Shown piece after piece: positions 61,028 through 64,000 of a stretch of 64,000 nucleotides of DNA (positions within the stretch are counted from its first letter, which is position 1; every line of letters begins with the position of its first letter). The position numbers were made by a program, and so were the translations under genes. The stretch lies in NCBI GenBank assembly GCA_041482015.1, contig JBGPCZ010000004.1, positions 13,027-77,026 on the forward strand, written 5' to 3'. This stretch comes from Planctomycetota bacterium (GTDB lineage Bacteria; Planctomycetota; MHYJ01; JACPRB01). The notes beneath the pieces were generated by a model, which saw only the letters and a program-made list of their open reading frames with translations, was not told the DNA's origin and ran no database searches.

Positions 61028-64000
61028 CATGGAAGGGCTGTTCGCCAAGAGTGCCGCCGCGCCGGCCGTCGAAAGCGGTTCATCAACTGTGGAACCCCGG
61101 GGCAAGAAGACCCGGCGGCTCACCACGTCGCGCGCCAAGGGGCTCAAGTTCAAAAGGGTCTACACGACCCCCGGCGTCGACCCCTTCGACATGATCGAAT
61201 GGGACCGGCGGACCTCGAAGATCACCAACCCCGACGGGTCGACCGTCTTCGAGCTGAAGAACCTGGAGGTCCCCAAGTCCTGGTCCCAGCTCGCCACCGA
61301 CATCGTCGCCTCCAAGTACTTCCGCAAGGCCGGCGTCCCGGGAACCGGCCATGAAGTGAGCGCGAGGCAGACCGTCACCCGCGTCGCCCGCTCCATCCGA
61401 AAGGCGGGAGAGGAGCTCGGCGGCTACTTCGCCGGCGTCGAGGATGCCGACACGTTCGAGTCCGAGCTCACGTACATGCTCATCAACCAGTTCGGGGCGT
61501 TCAACTCCCCCGTCTGGTTCAACTGCGGCCTCGCGCAGGAGTACGGCATCACCGGCCGCCCCGTCGGCAACTGGCAGTGGAACAGGACGACCGACGCGAT
61601 CGAGGAGTCGGCCGACTCCTACTCGCGCCCCCAGCTCTCCGCCTGCTTCATCCAGTCCGTGAGCGACGACCTCATGGACATGGCCGACCTCGTCAAGCGC
61701 GAGATGCGGATCTTCAAGTTCGGCTCGGGCACCGGGACGAACTTCTCGAAGATCCGTTCCGAGGGCGAGAAGCTCTCGAGCGGCGGCACCTCGAGCGGCC
61801 TCATGAGCTTCCTCGAGATCTACGACAAGTCGGCCGGCGCCATCAAGTCGGGCGGCACCACGCGGCGCGCCGCCAAGATGGTCTGCCTCGACATGGACCA
61901 CCCCGACATTGAGCGCTTCATCGACTGGAAGATGAACGAGGAGCACAAGGCCCAGGTCCTCATCGAGCACGGCGGCTTCCCCTCCGACTTCAACGGCGAG
62001 GCCTACCACACCGTCAGCGGCCAGAACTCCAACAACTCCGTCCGCGTCACCGACGAGTTCATGAAGGCCGTCGAGACGGACGGCTCGTTCGAGACGAAGT
62101 GGCGCACGAAGGGGACGACCGCGAAGACCTACAAGGCGCGCGACCTCTGGGACAAGATCTCCCTCGCCGCCTGGAAGTGCGCCGACCCCGGCCTCCAGTA
62201 CGACTCCACGATCAACAAGTGGCACACCTGCCCGAACACCGACAAGATCCACGCGTCCAACCCGTGCAGCGAGTACATGTTCCTCGACGACTCGGCCTGC
62301 AACCTCGCGTCGCTCAACCTGACGCGGTTCCTGTCGCCCGAGGGGATGTTCGACATCGAGCGGTACCGCCACGCCTGCGAGGTCTTCACCACCGCGCAGG
62401 AGATCATCGTCGACTTCGCGAGCTACCCCAACCGGGACATCGCGAAGAACTCCCACGACTATCGCCCGCTCGGCCTGGGGTATGCGAACCTGGGGACGCT
62501 GCTCATGCTCCTGGGGATCCCGTACGACAGCGACCGCGGCCGCGGGATCGCGTCGGCGCTCACCGCCATCATGTGCGGCCGCGCGTACCGCCAGTCGGCC
62601 GAGATCGCGCGCACCAAGGGCGCCTTCCCCGGCTTCGAGAAGAACCGGGAGCCCTTCCTCAACGTCATGAAGATGCACCGGGACGCCTCCCACGCGATCC
62701 GGCCGGAGGACTGCCCGCAGAACCTCCTCAAGGCGGCGCGCGAGGACTGGGAGGACGCCGTCGCGCTCGGCGAGGTCTACGGCTACCGGAACGCGCAGGT
62801 CACCGTGCTCGCGCCGACCGGGACGATCGGCCTCCTCATGGATTGCGACACGACGGGCGTCGAGCCCGACTTCGCGCTCGTCAAGTTCAAGAAGCTGGCC
62901 GGCGGCGGGTACTTCAAGATCGTCAACGAGTCGGTCCCCGAGGCGCTCCGGCGCCTGGGCTACACGAAGGAGCAGTCGCGCGAGATCGTCGAGTTCGTCG
63001 TGGGGACGAACACCCTCAAGTGCGCCGCGCCGATCTGCGACCGGGCCCTGGCAGAGAGGGGGCTCACGGCGGAGGAGATCGCGCGCGTCGAGGCGCAGCT
63101 CCCCAAGGTGTTCGAGCTCGGCCACGCATTCAACGCGTTCACGCTGGGCGAGGAGGCCGTCAAGCGGCTCGGGCTCAAGCCCGAAGAGGACGTCCTGGGC
63201 CGGCTCGGCTTCACCGAGGCGGAGGTCGACCAGTCCAACGACGTCCTCTGCGGCCGGATGACGGTCGAGGGCGCCCCGCACCTCAAGGAGGAGCACCTCG
63301 CGATCTTCGACTGCGCCAACAAGTGCGGCAAGACCGGCAAGCGGTTCATCCACTGGATGGGCCACATCAAGATGATGGGCGCGACGCAGCCCTTCATCTC
63401 GGGCGCGATCTCCAAGACGATCAACATGCCCGGCGAGGCGACGGTCGACGACATCAAGGAGGCGTACCTCCAGTCGTGGAAGCTCGGCGTCAAGGCGGTC
63501 GCGCTCTACCGCGACGGCTGCAAGGCCTCGCAGCCGCTCTCGTCCAAGTCCGCCGACAAGAAGAAAAAGGAGGGGGAGCCCAAGGCGGAGCTGATGCAGG
63601 GGCAGCTCCTTCCGACGACGGTGGCGAACCCGGTCAGCCCCTCGGCGGCGAGCCAGAGCCTCAAGCGCTTCCGGCTCCCGAAGAAGCGGGTGGGCTTCAC
63701 CCAGGAGGCGCGGATCGCGGGCCAGAAGGTGTACCTGCGGACGGGCGAGTACGCGGACGGGACGCTGGGCGAGATCTTCGTCGACCTGGCCAAGGAGGGC
63801 GCGGCCTTCCGGTCGATGATGAACTGCTTCGCGATCTCGGTGTCGCTGGGCCTCCAGTACGGCGTGCCGCTCAAGGAGTTCGTCGACGTCTTCACGTTCT
63901 CGCGGTTCGAGCCGCAGGGCGCGGTGGACCACCCGAACATCAAGATGTGCACGTCGATCGTGGACTATCTCTTCCGGGTGCTCGCCCTCGAGTACCTGGG
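61028..64000 (+). CDS. nrdJ: Adenosylcobalamin-dependent (class II) ribonucleotide reductase; 3' end cut by window edge
   Basis: Not in the ORF track because there is no stop in the window. The frame is open from ATG 61028 (after GGAGGAG) to nt 64000. Motifs: SACFIQ, FKFGSGTG.NFS.IR, SGGTTRRAAKM, NPCSEY, VLAPTGTIG, ISKTINMP. Confidence 0.9.

Noticed and set aside
61083-63932. 949-aa minus-strand ORF
   Set aside because: It is antisense to the unmistakable class II ribonucleotide reductase frame (NPCSEY, ISKTINMP and others), which the track omits only because it has no stop in the window.

Overview
Very GC-rich, gene-dense chromosomal segment. Third codon positions are almost all G/C. The gene content points to the PVC superphylum, most likely Planctomycetota: PSCyt/DUF1553 + DUF1501 pair, two PVC-type heme-binding CxxCH proteins, ThuA, TAT-signal Gfo/Idh/MocA, sulfatase, LRR and HEAT proteins. 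I call about 56 CDS. I found no rRNA, tRNA, CRISPR array, integrase or transposase. All family names come from motif recognition by eye; no database search was run.

Main result: four genes within 12.9 kb contain an in-frame TGA that reads best as selenocysteine, and the stop-to-stop ORF track splits or hides all of them.
- selD: UGA at 39431.
- A signal-peptide Bcp/PrxQ peroxiredoxin: UGA at 41146, replacing the peroxidatic Cys.
- fdnG: UGA at 46712, the classical case.
- A completely unlisted signal-peptide thioredoxin-fold protein with a U-x-x-C motif: UGA at 52294.

The selD, GPx, Sec-Bcp and transglutaminase-like lipoprotein genes form one tight plus-strand cluster. It lies inside a thiol/metal redox neighbourhood that also holds trxA, a Cys-rich HMA-like secreted protein, a redoxin and a lipoprotein MsrA.

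Other notable items:
- A fused FdnH-FdnI subunit.
- Two copies of an AT-rich 45-nt palindromic element placed in the same register after TGA stop codons, with a compensatory stem change.
- GGA-repeat leaders upstream of metal/redox genes.
- A recurrent N-terminal LGSD...DPE.R module on three unrelated secreted proteins.
- A XylR-linked L-fucose-like oxidative sugar cluster next to a sulfatase.
- A PQQ / type-1 copper / molybdopterin operon.
- A long leader with a near-consensus promoter in front of nrdJ.

Many long Arg/Pro/Gly-rich ORFs in the track are GC shadow frames and were rejected.
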